Part shown: positions 31,339-38,955 of the stretch, one piece after another
How the letters are laid out: the number at the start of each line of letters is the position of its first letter
How positions within the stretch are numbered: the first letter of the stretch is position 1
Assembly: GCA_030431515.1 (NCBI GenBank)
Contig: JAUIIX010000010.1
Coordinates: 2,753-66,752 of the forward strand
DNA from: a bacterium
GTDB taxonomy: Bacteria > Bacteroidota > Ignavibacteria > Kapaibacteriales > UBA2268
Length of the DNA stretch: 64,000 nt
Direction: 5' to 3'
Position numbers and translations under genes: made by a program
Notes under the pieces: model-generated
Told to the model about the DNA's origin: nothing
The model's database searches: none
What the model saw: the letters and a program-made list of their open reading frames with translations, nothing else

Positions 31339-32289
31339 TTAGGTATCCAATCGGAATACATCTGAATACGCACCTGTTAGCGTCAAGTTCTTTGCACGAA
31401 CACGGTAATACAAGCTTTCGCCTCCGCCTACGGGGTCAACATAATTATTATTCTGAACCGTAATTAATGGACTAAATACACCCGCCGGCTGACCAATCGG
31501 AACTGCCGACTTCTCCACTTCATAATCAATTCCACCCGTAACAAAATCCCAACTCAACTGAGCATTTAAAGGAGGTCCACCATCAAGCACAGCATTCAGA
31601 TTTTGAACCTTACCCAAACTCGTATAATGTGTACGATAAAGCAAATAAAACTCAATCTTAGCAGGATTATCAACAAAGACAACCTTACTCGCCTTATTAA
31701 TCTGCTTCATAAAGCCCCAAACAGTATTGTAAGCATTTACCCTCACTCCAGATTTAATAATTCTATCAGATAACATATCTTCCTGTTCAGCATTTTTAGC
31801 ATCAATCTCATCGCAAATAGTAAGTAAACCATCAATATCAGCTTGAGTATAGCCAGCTGCTAATAAAGCCGCCTTATTATCAGCAACTTCCGCATTTCTA
31901 TTAGCTTGCTCCAAAAGTTCTTTCATTCGCAAGTCCGAAGTCCTAGCTTTCTCATACTTGGGCTTCCCAAATACATTCAACATATTCTTATCATCAAAAG
32001 CCAACTCCACATAAGCAAACAACTTTTGCATTGCCTTCTGTCCGTCAACAATTTTTTTATTCAATTGTTCAGTAACCACAGTAATTAGTGCATCAACCTC
32101 CGACCCAGACGGAATTGCATCAGCCGTATCAATCGCCGCTTGAAAATCAGCCGCAAAAGGTGGAGCCAAATGTGGAAATGCTGCAATAAAACTAACATCA
32201 TCATTTAAAAAAGCATTATGAAAGACTTGTGCACGTTCCAACATCACCAAATCTTCTAAGTCATACTCTCTCTCTATTGAGTTTGCCAT
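31339..32289 (-). CDS. Orphan G+C-rich protein: acidic/Ala-rich helical N-domain plus C-terminal FN3-like domain
   Basis: 316 aa with an AGGAAA RBS. The C-terminal LSWDFVTGGIDYEVEKS...LYYRVRAKNLTLTGAYSDV fits a fibronectin type III fold. Codon and base composition are visibly unlike the neighbours. Confidence 0.6.
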   Translation of the reverse strand: MANSIEREYDLEDLVMLERAQVFHNAFLNDDVSFIAAFPHLAPPFAADFQAAIDTADAIPSGSEVDALITVVTEQLNKKIVDGQKAMQKLFAYVELAFDDKNMLNVFGKPKYEKARTSDLRMKELLEQANRNAEVADNKAALLAAGYTQADIDGLLTICDEIDAKNAEQEDMLSDRIIKSGVRVNAYNTVWGFMKQINKASKVVFVDNPAKIEFYLLYRTHYTSLGKVQNLNAVLDGGPPLNAQLSWDFVTGGIDYEVEKSAVPIGQPAGVFSPLITVQNNNYVDPVGGGESLYYRVRAKNLTLTGAYSDVFRLDT

Positions 32290-32416
32290 AATAATTTCCT
32301 ATAAATTTATAAAACTATATTGCAAATTAAACAATTTTATAAAAAAAACAAATTTCTTAAATAATACTTATATTAAACAAAATATTATACAATTCATCAA
32401 AAAGTCAATAAAAACA

Positions 32417-32647
32417 ATTCGGAACAGCTCTTACGTCATTCGGAAAGCTCTTTGCACCATTCGGAAAAGTCTTTATGCCATTCGGAAAGAACTTTACGCT
32501 ATTCGGAAGAGTCTTTACGCCATTCGGAAAGGACTCAACGCCGTTCGGAAAAGACTTTACGCCGTTCGGAAAAGACTTTACGCCATTCGGAAAGGTCTTT
32601 ACGCCGTTCGGAAAGGTCTTTACGCCGTTCGGAATACATTTTACAAA
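32417..32647. repeat. Tandem array, 11 units of exactly 21 bp (consensus RTTCGGAAARGTCTTTACGCC)
   Basis: Unit boundaries fall at 32417, 32438, 32459 ... 32627. Units 7-10 are near-identical and the terminal units are degenerate. ORFs are open on both strands (FPNGVKT heptads). Confidence 0.95.
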
Positions 32648-32660
32648 CTCGTAAATATCA

Positions 32661-32686
32661 TTCCGAATGATTATAGTCATTCAGAA
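32661..32686. repeat. Inverted repeat TTCCGAATGA-N6-TCATTCAGAA next to the array
   Basis: 10-bp arms with 9/10 complementary. Shares the TTC.GAATGA core with module Y. Confidence 0.7.
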
Positions 32687-32730
32687 AACACCGCTCGTCA
32701 TTCTGAACGATATAATATATCCATATAAAA

Positions 32731-32755
32731 TGTAGGGGAAATTCACGAATTTCCC
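32731..32755 (+). repeat. Palindromic element P copy 1: TGTAGGGGAAATTCACGAATTTCCC
   Basis: Perfect 9-bp arms GGGAAATTC / GAATTTCCC. A second copy lies at 36252-36276. Confidence 0.9.
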
Positions 32756-32780
32756 GAATGTCATTTATAAAATCCCCATC

Positions 32781-32837
32781 GTCATTCAGAGCGAAGCGAA
32801 GAATCCATTCCTTCGGTCATTGAGCGTAGTCGAAATG
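32781..32837 (-). repeat. Repeat block C: modules Y and Z in reverse orientation
   Basis: GTCATTCAGAGCGAAGCGAAGAATCC (32781-32806) and GTCATTGAGCGTAGTCGAAATG (32816-32837). Confidence 0.85.
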
Positions 32838-32951
32838 CCAACGAACATAATTACTTACACGAATCAAGTAAAAACGAGGGCAAAAGCTATCTTGATAAGA
32901 ACAAAAATATTGAGTGCATAAACTGTCGTAGTTTAAAATAAAAAGTTTTTG

Positions 32952-32959
32952 TAAGTTTG
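32952..32959 (+). promoter_or_regulatory. Putative -7 box TAAGTTTG for the 220-aa gene
   Basis: TAnnTTTG match 52 nt upstream of the ATG at 33011. Confidence 0.35.
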
Positions 32960-33010
32960 TGGAGTGAAAAAGTGATTCTTTAAAATAAATATATTATTTA
33001 AAGGTACATA

Positions 33011-33673
33011 ATGCAAAGAATTAAAAGTAGAATAGTCAATCTAAATCTAATTATTATTGGGCTTTTACTTATAGCTGCAAATCCTAAAGACTCTAAATAT
33101 ATTAATGAAAAGTTAGAAATATATCCATTGAATATTGGTAATAGTTGGACATATCAAGAATATATATATATTGAAGATAGTACTCTTTTAAAAGGCGATG
33201 AAATTATTATTAAAGTATTAAATGATACTTTAATAAATAATAATATCTATTTTTTAGAAGATTATGATAATATACTACCCTATACTCTTTCAATTAATAA
33301 AGAAAATGGTTATTATTCAACTGAAACAGATTTTATTGAAGGCAACGAACAACTATTGTTTAAGTATCCTTGTAAAGTAGGAGATAGGTGGAGAAATAAA
33401 ATAGTTGATGGAAATACAAATTATAAATCTACAACTGTTGTAAAGGCATTAAACAAAAAAATTACTGTACCTTATGGCACAATGGATTGTATATTGTATG
33501 AAAGTGTTTCTAAAAATACAATTGGTCCAAGAGTTACTTTATATATTCTTTATCAACATTATTTAAAACCTGGATTAGGTATTGTAAAAACAATAACTAG
33601 TCATAAAAATAAAATCAATGGTAAGTATAAAATTAAACGTTATATGGAATTAAAGACAGCAACTATAAAGTAA
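33011..33673 (+). CDS. Hypothetical secreted/lipoprotein-like beta-rich protein
   Basis: 220 aa with hydrophobic N-terminal signal-anchor LNLIIIGLLLIAA. N/Y/I-rich host-like composition. No family recognised. Confidence 0.55.
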   Translation: MQRIKSRIVNLNLIIIGLLLIAANPKDSKYINEKLEIYPLNIGNSWTYQEYIYIEDSTLLKGDEIIIKVLNDTLINNNIYFLEDYDNILPYTLSINKENGYYSTETDFIEGNEQLLFKYPCKVGDRWRNKIVDGNTNYKSTTVVKALNKKITVPYGTMDCILYESVSKNTIGPRVTLYILYQHYLKPGLGIVKTITSHKNKINGKYKIKRYMELKTATIK

Positions 33674-33750
33674 AAGGATTAAAATATTAATTGAAAATAT
33701 AAAATTATTTGTTGAAGCGATGGAAAAGTTAGAAAATATGCAGTAAATAC

Positions 33751-34623
33751 CATTCGAGACGGCGGAAAGAGTATTCGAGAGGGTTTTGGGTTTGTAAAGT
33801 GCTATGATAGACATAGAAAATGCTTTGGAGATTCATCGCTTCGTTCAGTATGACAGGGAAAGCAGGCAGTGGATTCTTCTCTTCGCTCTGAATGACAGAG
33901 AAAAGAAGGCGGAAATATTCTTCGAGAGGGTTTTGGGCTTGTAAAGTGCTATGATAGACGTAGATAATGCTTGGGAGATTCTTCGCTTCGTTCAGAATGA
34001 CAAGAAAAGCAGGCAGTGGATTCTTCGCTTCGCTCTGAATGACGTTCTCTTTTTACAGAAAGACAGGGAAAGCAGGCAGTGAATTCTACGCTACGCTCTG
34101 AATGACAGGGAAAAGACGGCGTAAAAATTTAATAATCAGATTGGAGAGTTCATACTTTATACCAAAAGTTCTTACTCCTACAAATGAACTCTTCTTTCTG
34201 GTGTTTTAAAATCAATCGAAAAGCCGAAAATACTATTCGAGACGGCGTAAGGAGTATTCGAGAGGGTTTTTAAGGTGGAAATTGCTATGATAGACGTAGA
34301 AAATGCTTGGGAGATTCTTCACTTCGTTCAGAATGACGTTCTCTTTTTACAGAAAGACAGGGAAAGCAGGCAGTGGATTCTTCGCTTCGCTCTGAATGAC
34401 GAAGAGAAGATAGCGTAAATGTTCTTCCAGAGGTTTGGGCTTGTAAAGTGCTATGATAGACGTAGAAAATGCTTGGGAGATTCTTCACTTCGCTCTGAAT
34501 GACGTTCTCTTTTTACAGAATGACAGGGAAAGCAGGCAGTGGATTCTTCGCTCCGCTCTGAATGACAGGGAAAGCAGGCAGTGGATTCTTCGCTTTGCTC
34601 TGAATGACAGAGAAAAGATACTG
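33751..34623 (+). repeat. Mosaic repeat block D: 10 forward copies of module Y plus X modules and conserved linkers
   Basis: Y copies at 33828, 33871, 33975, 34018, 34081, 34311, 34375, 34477, 34541 and 34583. X (GTATTCGAGAGGGTTTTGG) at 33771, 33919 and 34253. A 42-bp unit AGGGAAAGCAGGCAGTGGATTCTTCGCT.CGCTCTGAATGAC is tandem at 34525-34608. Confidence 0.9.
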
Positions 34624-34678
34624 AATTTAATATTTCAGAGAAAGTGAGCCATCATTTTATACTTCAATGTATTTTCCG

Positions 34679-34686
34679 TAAATTTG
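34679..34686 (+). promoter_or_regulatory. Putative -7 box TAAATTTG for the aldehyde dehydrogenase gene
   Basis: TAnnTTTG match 36 nt upstream of the ATG at 34722. It lies inside the longer track ORF, which supports the shorter CDS. Confidence 0.4.
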
Positions 34687-34721
34687 ATAAAATAATTATA
34701 CAAAATAAAAGGAATATAAAA

Positions 34722-36203
34722 ATGAAAAGATTTGAGAATTATATAAATGGTGAATGGGTTAAGACAAATTCAAGTAAGTATTTTAAGAATATAAGTCCTG
34801 CTGATAAGAATGATATTATTGGTGAGTTCCCTATTTCTGATTCAGTTGATTTAGATAAAGCTGTTGATTCTGCTGAACTTGCTTATAAGGTATGGAAAAA
34901 TACTCCTGCACCAAAACGTGGCGATATTTTGAGAATTGCTGGTGATATTTTTACAAGACGCAAAAATGAACTTGCCAAAATAATGACTCGTGAGATGGGT
35001 AAACCTGTTTTTGAAACCGAAGGTGATGTGCAAGAAGCGATTGATACTTGCTATTATGCAGGTTCGGAAACTCGTCGTCTTTTCGGGCATACTGTTCCAT
35101 CGGAAATGAATAATAAATTTAACATGACAGTTCGTACTCCAATAGGAATTTGTGGGATTATAACTGCTTGGAACTTCCCTATTGCTGTGCCATCTTGGAA
35201 AATTATCCCTGCACTTGCCGCTGGAAATACAGTTGTTTTCAAACCAAGTGAAGATGCTCCTCATTCGGCAATTATTTTTGCTGAAATACTTGAAGAAGCT
35301 GGACTTCCAAAGGGTGTGTTCAATGTTGTGTTTGGCGATGGTCAAATTGGAAATGAAATAGTTAATCATCCAAAGATTAAATTGATAGGATTTACTGGCT
35401 CAACTGAAACAGGAAAGAAAATTGCCTCTAAATGTGGCGAGCTAAATAAGAAATTATCTCTTGAAATGGGTGGTAAAAATCCGCAAATTGTGATGAATGA
35501 TGCAAATCTTGATACTGCACTTGACGGTGTTCTTTGGGGAGCTTTCGGAACTACTGGTCAACGATGCACTGCTACTTCTCGCTTGATTTTGCATAAAGAT
35601 ATTTACGATAATTTCATTATAAAATTGAAAGATAAAGCTGAAGCATTGAAACTTGGTGATGGTTTGAAATCCGATACTCAAATGGGACCTGTTATAAATC
35701 AAAAATCAATCGATAAAATTGAAAAATACTTTACCATTGCAAAGCAAGAGGGCTTGACTTTAATTACTGGTGGTGCAAGAACTACTGACGGCGACCTTGC
35801 AAATGGAAATTTTATATTGCCAACAATTTATGCAGATGTTCCTGAAAGTTCAAGATTATTCCAAGAAGAAATATTTGGTCCTGTTTTAGTTATTACGAAA
35901 TGTAATTCACTTGAAGATGCGATTAACAAAGCTAATAACTGCCAATATGGGCTTTCATCATCTATCTTTACTAATGATGTAAGAAGTTCGATGATTGCAA
36001 TGCGTGAGTTAGAGTCAGGTATAACTTATATCAATGCTCCAACGATAGGTGCAGAAGCTCACATGCCATTTGGTGGAATAAAAGGAACTGGAAACGGACA
36101 TCGTGAAGGTGGCTGGACTGTCTTTGATATTTTCACAGAATGGAAAACAATTTATATTGATTACTCTGGTTCTCTACAAAGAGCTCAGATTGATAATTAT
36201 TGA
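34722..36203 (+). CDS. NAD(P)+-dependent aldehyde dehydrogenase
   Basis: [13 protein letters not shown] start with an AAAGGA RBS. ALDH motifs [34 protein letters not shown] and catalytic GQRCTA. The track start at 34644 reads out of repeat DNA. Confidence 0.9.
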   Translation: MKRFENYINGEWVKTNSSKYFKNISPADKNDIIGEFPISDSVDLDKAVDSAELAYKVWKNTPAPKRGDILRIAGDIFTRRKNELAKIMTREMGKPVFETEGDVQEAIDTCYYAGSETRRLFGHTVPSEMNNKFNMTVRTPIGICGIITAWNFPIAVPSWKIIPALAAGNTVVFKPSEDAPHSAIIFAEILEEAGLPKGVFNVVFGDGQIGNEIVNHPKIKLIGFTGSTETGKKIASKCGELNKKLSLEMGGKNPQIVMNDANLDTALDGVLWGAFGTTGQRCTATSRLILHKDIYDNFIIKLKDKAEALKLGDGLKSDTQMGPVINQKSIDKIEKYFTIAKQEGLTLITGGARTTDGDLANGNFILPTIYADVPESSRLFQEEIFGPVLVITKCNSLEDAINKANNCQYGLSSSIFTNDVRSSMIAMRELESGITYINAPTIGAEAHMPFGGIKGTGNGHREGGWTVFDIFTEWKTIYIDYSGSLQRAQIDNY

Positions 36204-36251
36204 GATTAAAGAATAAATAGAATGTCGTAATATTAATATATTTTTTTCAAT

Positions 36252-36276
36252 TGTAGGGGAAATTCATGAATTTCCC
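36252..36276 (+). repeat. Palindromic element P copy 2: TGTAGGGGAAATTCATGAATTTCCC
   Basis: Differs from copy 1 only in the central dinucleotide. Lies 49 nt after the ALDH stop. Confidence 0.9.
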
Positions 36277-36295
36277 TTACTAATATTATTGTTTT

Positions 36296-36818
36296 CACGC
36301 TTTGCTCTGAATGACGAAACATTTCGACTCCGCTCAATGACCCATTTTTTGCAGTTTTTTGAAGTGATTTTTTTGTGCTTTATGTTGTTTTTTGCATTTC
36401 TATCCTTTGTAATCTATTAGTATTTATAGTTTTACAGCATTTTTGCAGCTTTTTTGCGTTTTTTCAAAGATCTGGGTTCAGAATGACGTCCTCATTTTTA
36501 GAATGATGGATTCCATGTTTCGCTTTGAATGTCGATACATTTCGACTCCGCTCAATGACCCATTTTTTGCAGTTTTTGCAGTTTTTTTGTGTTTTTTCAA
36601 AGAACTGGGTTAAGAATTACGATTGAAATTTCTGGGAGATTCTTCACTTCGTTCAGAATGACATAGAGTTTTTTGTGGATTCTTCGCTTCGCTCTGAATG
36701 ACAATACAAAAGATTCTGAAATAAGTTCAGAATGACGTCCTCATTTTTAGAATGATGGATTCCATGTTTCGCTTTGAATGTCGAGACAAAAGATTCTGAT
36801 ACAAGTTTAGAATGACAA
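36296..36818 (+). repeat. Mosaic repeat block E: Y, Y-degenerate and Z modules, two long exact duplications, phased T-tracts
   Basis: A 60-bp exact duplicate occurs at 36476-36535 and 36725-36784, and a 40-bp exact duplicate at 36320-36359 and 36538-36577. Y copies at 36296, 36508, 36636, 36677 and 36757. TTTTTTGCAG-type T-tracts span 36343-36470 and 36563-36598. Confidence 0.9.
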
Positions 36819-37160
36819 GGGCAAATTTAAGAGTTAAATTGTTTTTATCAAGATTTTTATTTTAGAATATTTGTAATTTATTTTTAAATATATGTGGTTT
36901 TGATGTTAAGGATATTCTGTACCAATTAATCTATAATCTTTTAAATTTAATTATATTAATTTTTTTATCTATTAAAATGTTGCTTTGTTATCTTAGTCAA
37001 TAATATTTAAAAGAATGTTGTTTGAGTATATTTTAATACGATGTATTTGCTATTATTGTTAGTGAAATAATTAAAATTAGAATTTTTATGAAAATACATT
37101 GTTTTTTCTTAAATTGTATTTTTAAAATGAAAATTTATAACAATTAATCGGAGAAAATTT

Positions 37161-37592
37161 ATGAGATTGAATAAATATCTAATATCGGTTACTGATAAAG
37201 AAAGAATGAATTCAATTGGCGTATTGTATTATATGCTTGCTAAAAATAATGAAATTACTCTTGAAGAAGGGAACTATGTTGGTTATACAGCTATGGCTCT
37301 TCCTAAAACTGGTATTACTACTTCAAATTATAATGCTAAGTTTAGTGAATTAATTGCTGAACTTGCTCAAAAGCAATATTTAGACTCAATGGATGCTATT
37401 AGCAACTATATGGAAGATTTTTCTATTACTGCAAAAAAACAAGCACTTCTGTTTGCTATTGAAGCGATTTTAGTTGATGGGGTCATAGATGTTCAAGAAA
37501 GAGACTTACTTTATAAACTGAAAGATATTTCAGGGGTTTCTGATGAAGAGTATGATATGATGTGGGAACTTAGTGCAATTAGATTTGCTTAA
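37161..37592 (+). CDS. TerB-like (tellurite-resistance TerB fold) small protein
   Basis: 143 aa with a GGAG RBS. The C-terminal half AIEAILVDGVIDVQERDLLYKL matches the TerB-type ADG-x-E helix pattern. Moderate confidence. Confidence 0.5.
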   Translation: MRLNKYLISVTDKERMNSIGVLYYMLAKNNEITLEEGNYVGYTAMALPKTGITTSNYNAKFSELIAELAQKQYLDSMDAISNYMEDFSITAKKQALLFAIEAILVDGVIDVQERDLLYKLKDISGVSDEEYDMMWELSAIRFA

Positions 37593-37597
37593 TATTT

Positions 37598-37623
37598 AAA
37601 GGACTTTTTTAGTCCTTTTTTTT
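37598..37623 (+). terminator. Rho-independent terminator after the TerB-like gene
   Basis: Stem AAGGACT / AGTCCTT with a T-rich loop, followed by T8. It abuts the next ATG at 37624. Confidence 0.6.
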
Positions 37624-38913
37624 ATGAAATTAATCATAAATAATAATTTTGTCAATAGAATATGTGATTTATCTATTGATAGCGATGAAAGCTTTGAAAT
37701 TAAGGGCTTGAGGGATTCTCATTGTCATTTGATGTGGCTGGGGATGCAAGAAAATGGTTTGAAACTTGACTCTTGTAAATCTTTTGAAGAAGTTATTTCT
37801 ATTAGTCTTGCTTTTCAAAAGTCAAACTCTTCTTTTTGGCTTAATGGTAGGGGTTGGAATAATGAAAATTGGAAAAATAAAACATTACCTACTAATGATT
37901 TACTTAATAAATTCTTTCCTGATAGACCTGTTTTCTTGAAAAGAATTGATGGTCATGCTGCTCTTACTAATAATGTTGCTTTAGATTTAGCTAAAATTGA
38001 TTTGCATACTAATGATCCTTCTGGTGGGAAAATTCAGAGAGATAGTAATGGAAAGGCAACTGGCCTTTTGATAGATAATGCAATCGAATTAATTGAGGAT
38101 ATTATACCTCGTCCAAGTGATGATGAATTTATAAAACATTTATTAACTGCTCAAGATAAGTGCTTAGAGTTAGGACTGTTAGAAGTTCACGATATGGATG
38201 TACATCTGGATTGGTTACCCTATTTTAATCATTTAGCTAATGAAAAGTTATTAAATCTTAAAGTTAAATCTTATATTCGTGGATTTGATGGGGTGTTTTT
38301 AAGTAAATGCAATATACCATATATAATTAATAATTTAGAGATTGCTGGTTTGAAGTTTTTTGCAGATGGTGCCTTGGGTTCGAGAGGTGCAGCTTTGATT
38401 GAAGACTATTCAGATGATGCTGGGAATAAGGGTCTATTCTTGATTGATGAAGATAGTTTTTTTAATTACTCAATGAAGGGTGCTAAATTAGGTTTTGAGA
38501 TTTCTACTCATGCTATTGGTGATGCAGCTAATAGATTTACTTTGCATAATTATACTAAACTTAGAAATAATGGAGTTAAAGTTGCTCTTAGAATTGAACA
38601 TTGTCAGATGGTTCATCCAGATGATATTTTGAAATTTAAAGAATTGAATATTCATGCAGCAATTCAACCAATTCATTGTATTAGTGATAAAGATATGGCA
38701 TACAATAGAATAGGTGAAAGAGTTAATTATAGTTATCCTTGGAAAAGTTTGCTTGAACTTGGAATTGAAATATCTGGTGGGTCAGATTTTCCAATTGAAA
38801 GCCCTGATCCTATTTTGGGAATTAATGCATTTATTAGTCATGATATAAATTGGCAAAAGAAAGAAATTATTGGACTTGAAGATGCACTAAATATTTATGG
38901 TGTAATTAAATAA
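37624..38913 (+). CDS. Amidohydrolase-family metal-dependent hydrolase (YtcJ/Amidohydro_3-like), compact form
   Basis: 429 aa with DSHCH metal motif, HAIGD, RIEHCQ and GGSDFPIE. The N- and C-terminal beta-sandwich portions are much shorter than usual. Confidence 0.8.
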   Translation: MKLIINNNFVNRICDLSIDSDESFEIKGLRDSHCHLMWLGMQENGLKLDSCKSFEEVISISLAFQKSNSSFWLNGRGWNNENWKNKTLPTNDLLNKFFPDRPVFLKRIDGHAALTNNVALDLAKIDLHTNDPSGGKIQRDSNGKATGLLIDNAIELIEDIIPRPSDDEFIKHLLTAQDKCLELGLLEVHDMDVHLDWLPYFNHLANEKLLNLKVKSYIRGFDGVFLSKCNIPYIINNLEIAGLKFFADGALGSRGAALIEDYSDDAGNKGLFLIDEDSFFNYSMKGAKLGFEISTHAIGDAANRFTLHNYTKLRNNGVKVALRIEHCQMVHPDDILKFKELNIHAAIQPIHCISDKDMAYNRIGERVNYSYPWKSLLELGIEISGGSDFPIESPDPILGINAFISHDINWQKKEIIGLEDALNIYGVIK

Positions 38914-38919
38914 TTTTAT

Positions 38920-38927
38920 TAAATTTG
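38920..38927 (+). promoter_or_regulatory. Putative -7 box TAAATTTG
   Basis: TAnnTTTG match 29 nt upstream of the ATG at 38956. Confidence 0.35.
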
Positions 38928-38955
38928 TGGAATTAATAAACAAAAATATAAAAAT

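Noticed and set aside
32417-32647. Possible CRISPR array.
   Set aside because: The 21-bp units are directly abutting with no spacers, the unit is shorter than typical CRISPR repeats, and no cas genes are present.
32405-32680. 91-aa (minus) and 72-aa (plus, 32452-32670) ORFs encoding FPNGVKT / RSEKTLR heptad repeats.
   Set aside because: Both strands are open only because a 21-bp stop-free unit is repeated. There is no signal peptide or RBS, and the start codon lies inside a GAATGAC repeat motif. Treated as repeat-driven ORFs pending expression evidence.
33828-34608. Possible CRISPR-like array of the 26-bp Y module.
   Set aside because: Spacing is irregular (about 41 to 230 bp), and the inter-repeat sequences are themselves repeated rather than unique spacers.
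34851-35369. 172-aa antisense ORF inside the aldehyde dehydrogenase gene (also 35054-35242 and 35454-35702).
   Set aside because: The sense strand has unmistakable ALDH motifs. Long antisense ORFs are expected in this locally G+C-richer gene.
30520-37160. Integron-like cassette array (CALIN) with Y/Z/P modules as attC sites.
   Set aside because: I found no RYYYAAC...GTTRRRY core-site pairs and no intI. Cassette genes are on both strands and carry their own promoter boxes. Only the co-orientation observation is kept in the findings.
30520-37160. Prophage, ICE or IS-bounded transposon.
   Set aside because: There is no integrase, transposase, relaxase, capsid or terminase gene, no flanking tRNA, and no convincing direct-repeat att sites at the borders.
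37624-38913. Amidohydrolase as a truncated pseudogene.
   Set aside because: All catalytic motifs are intact, there is no frameshifted continuation, and both the N- and C-terminal parts of the same accessory domain are reduced. This points to a compact natural variant.
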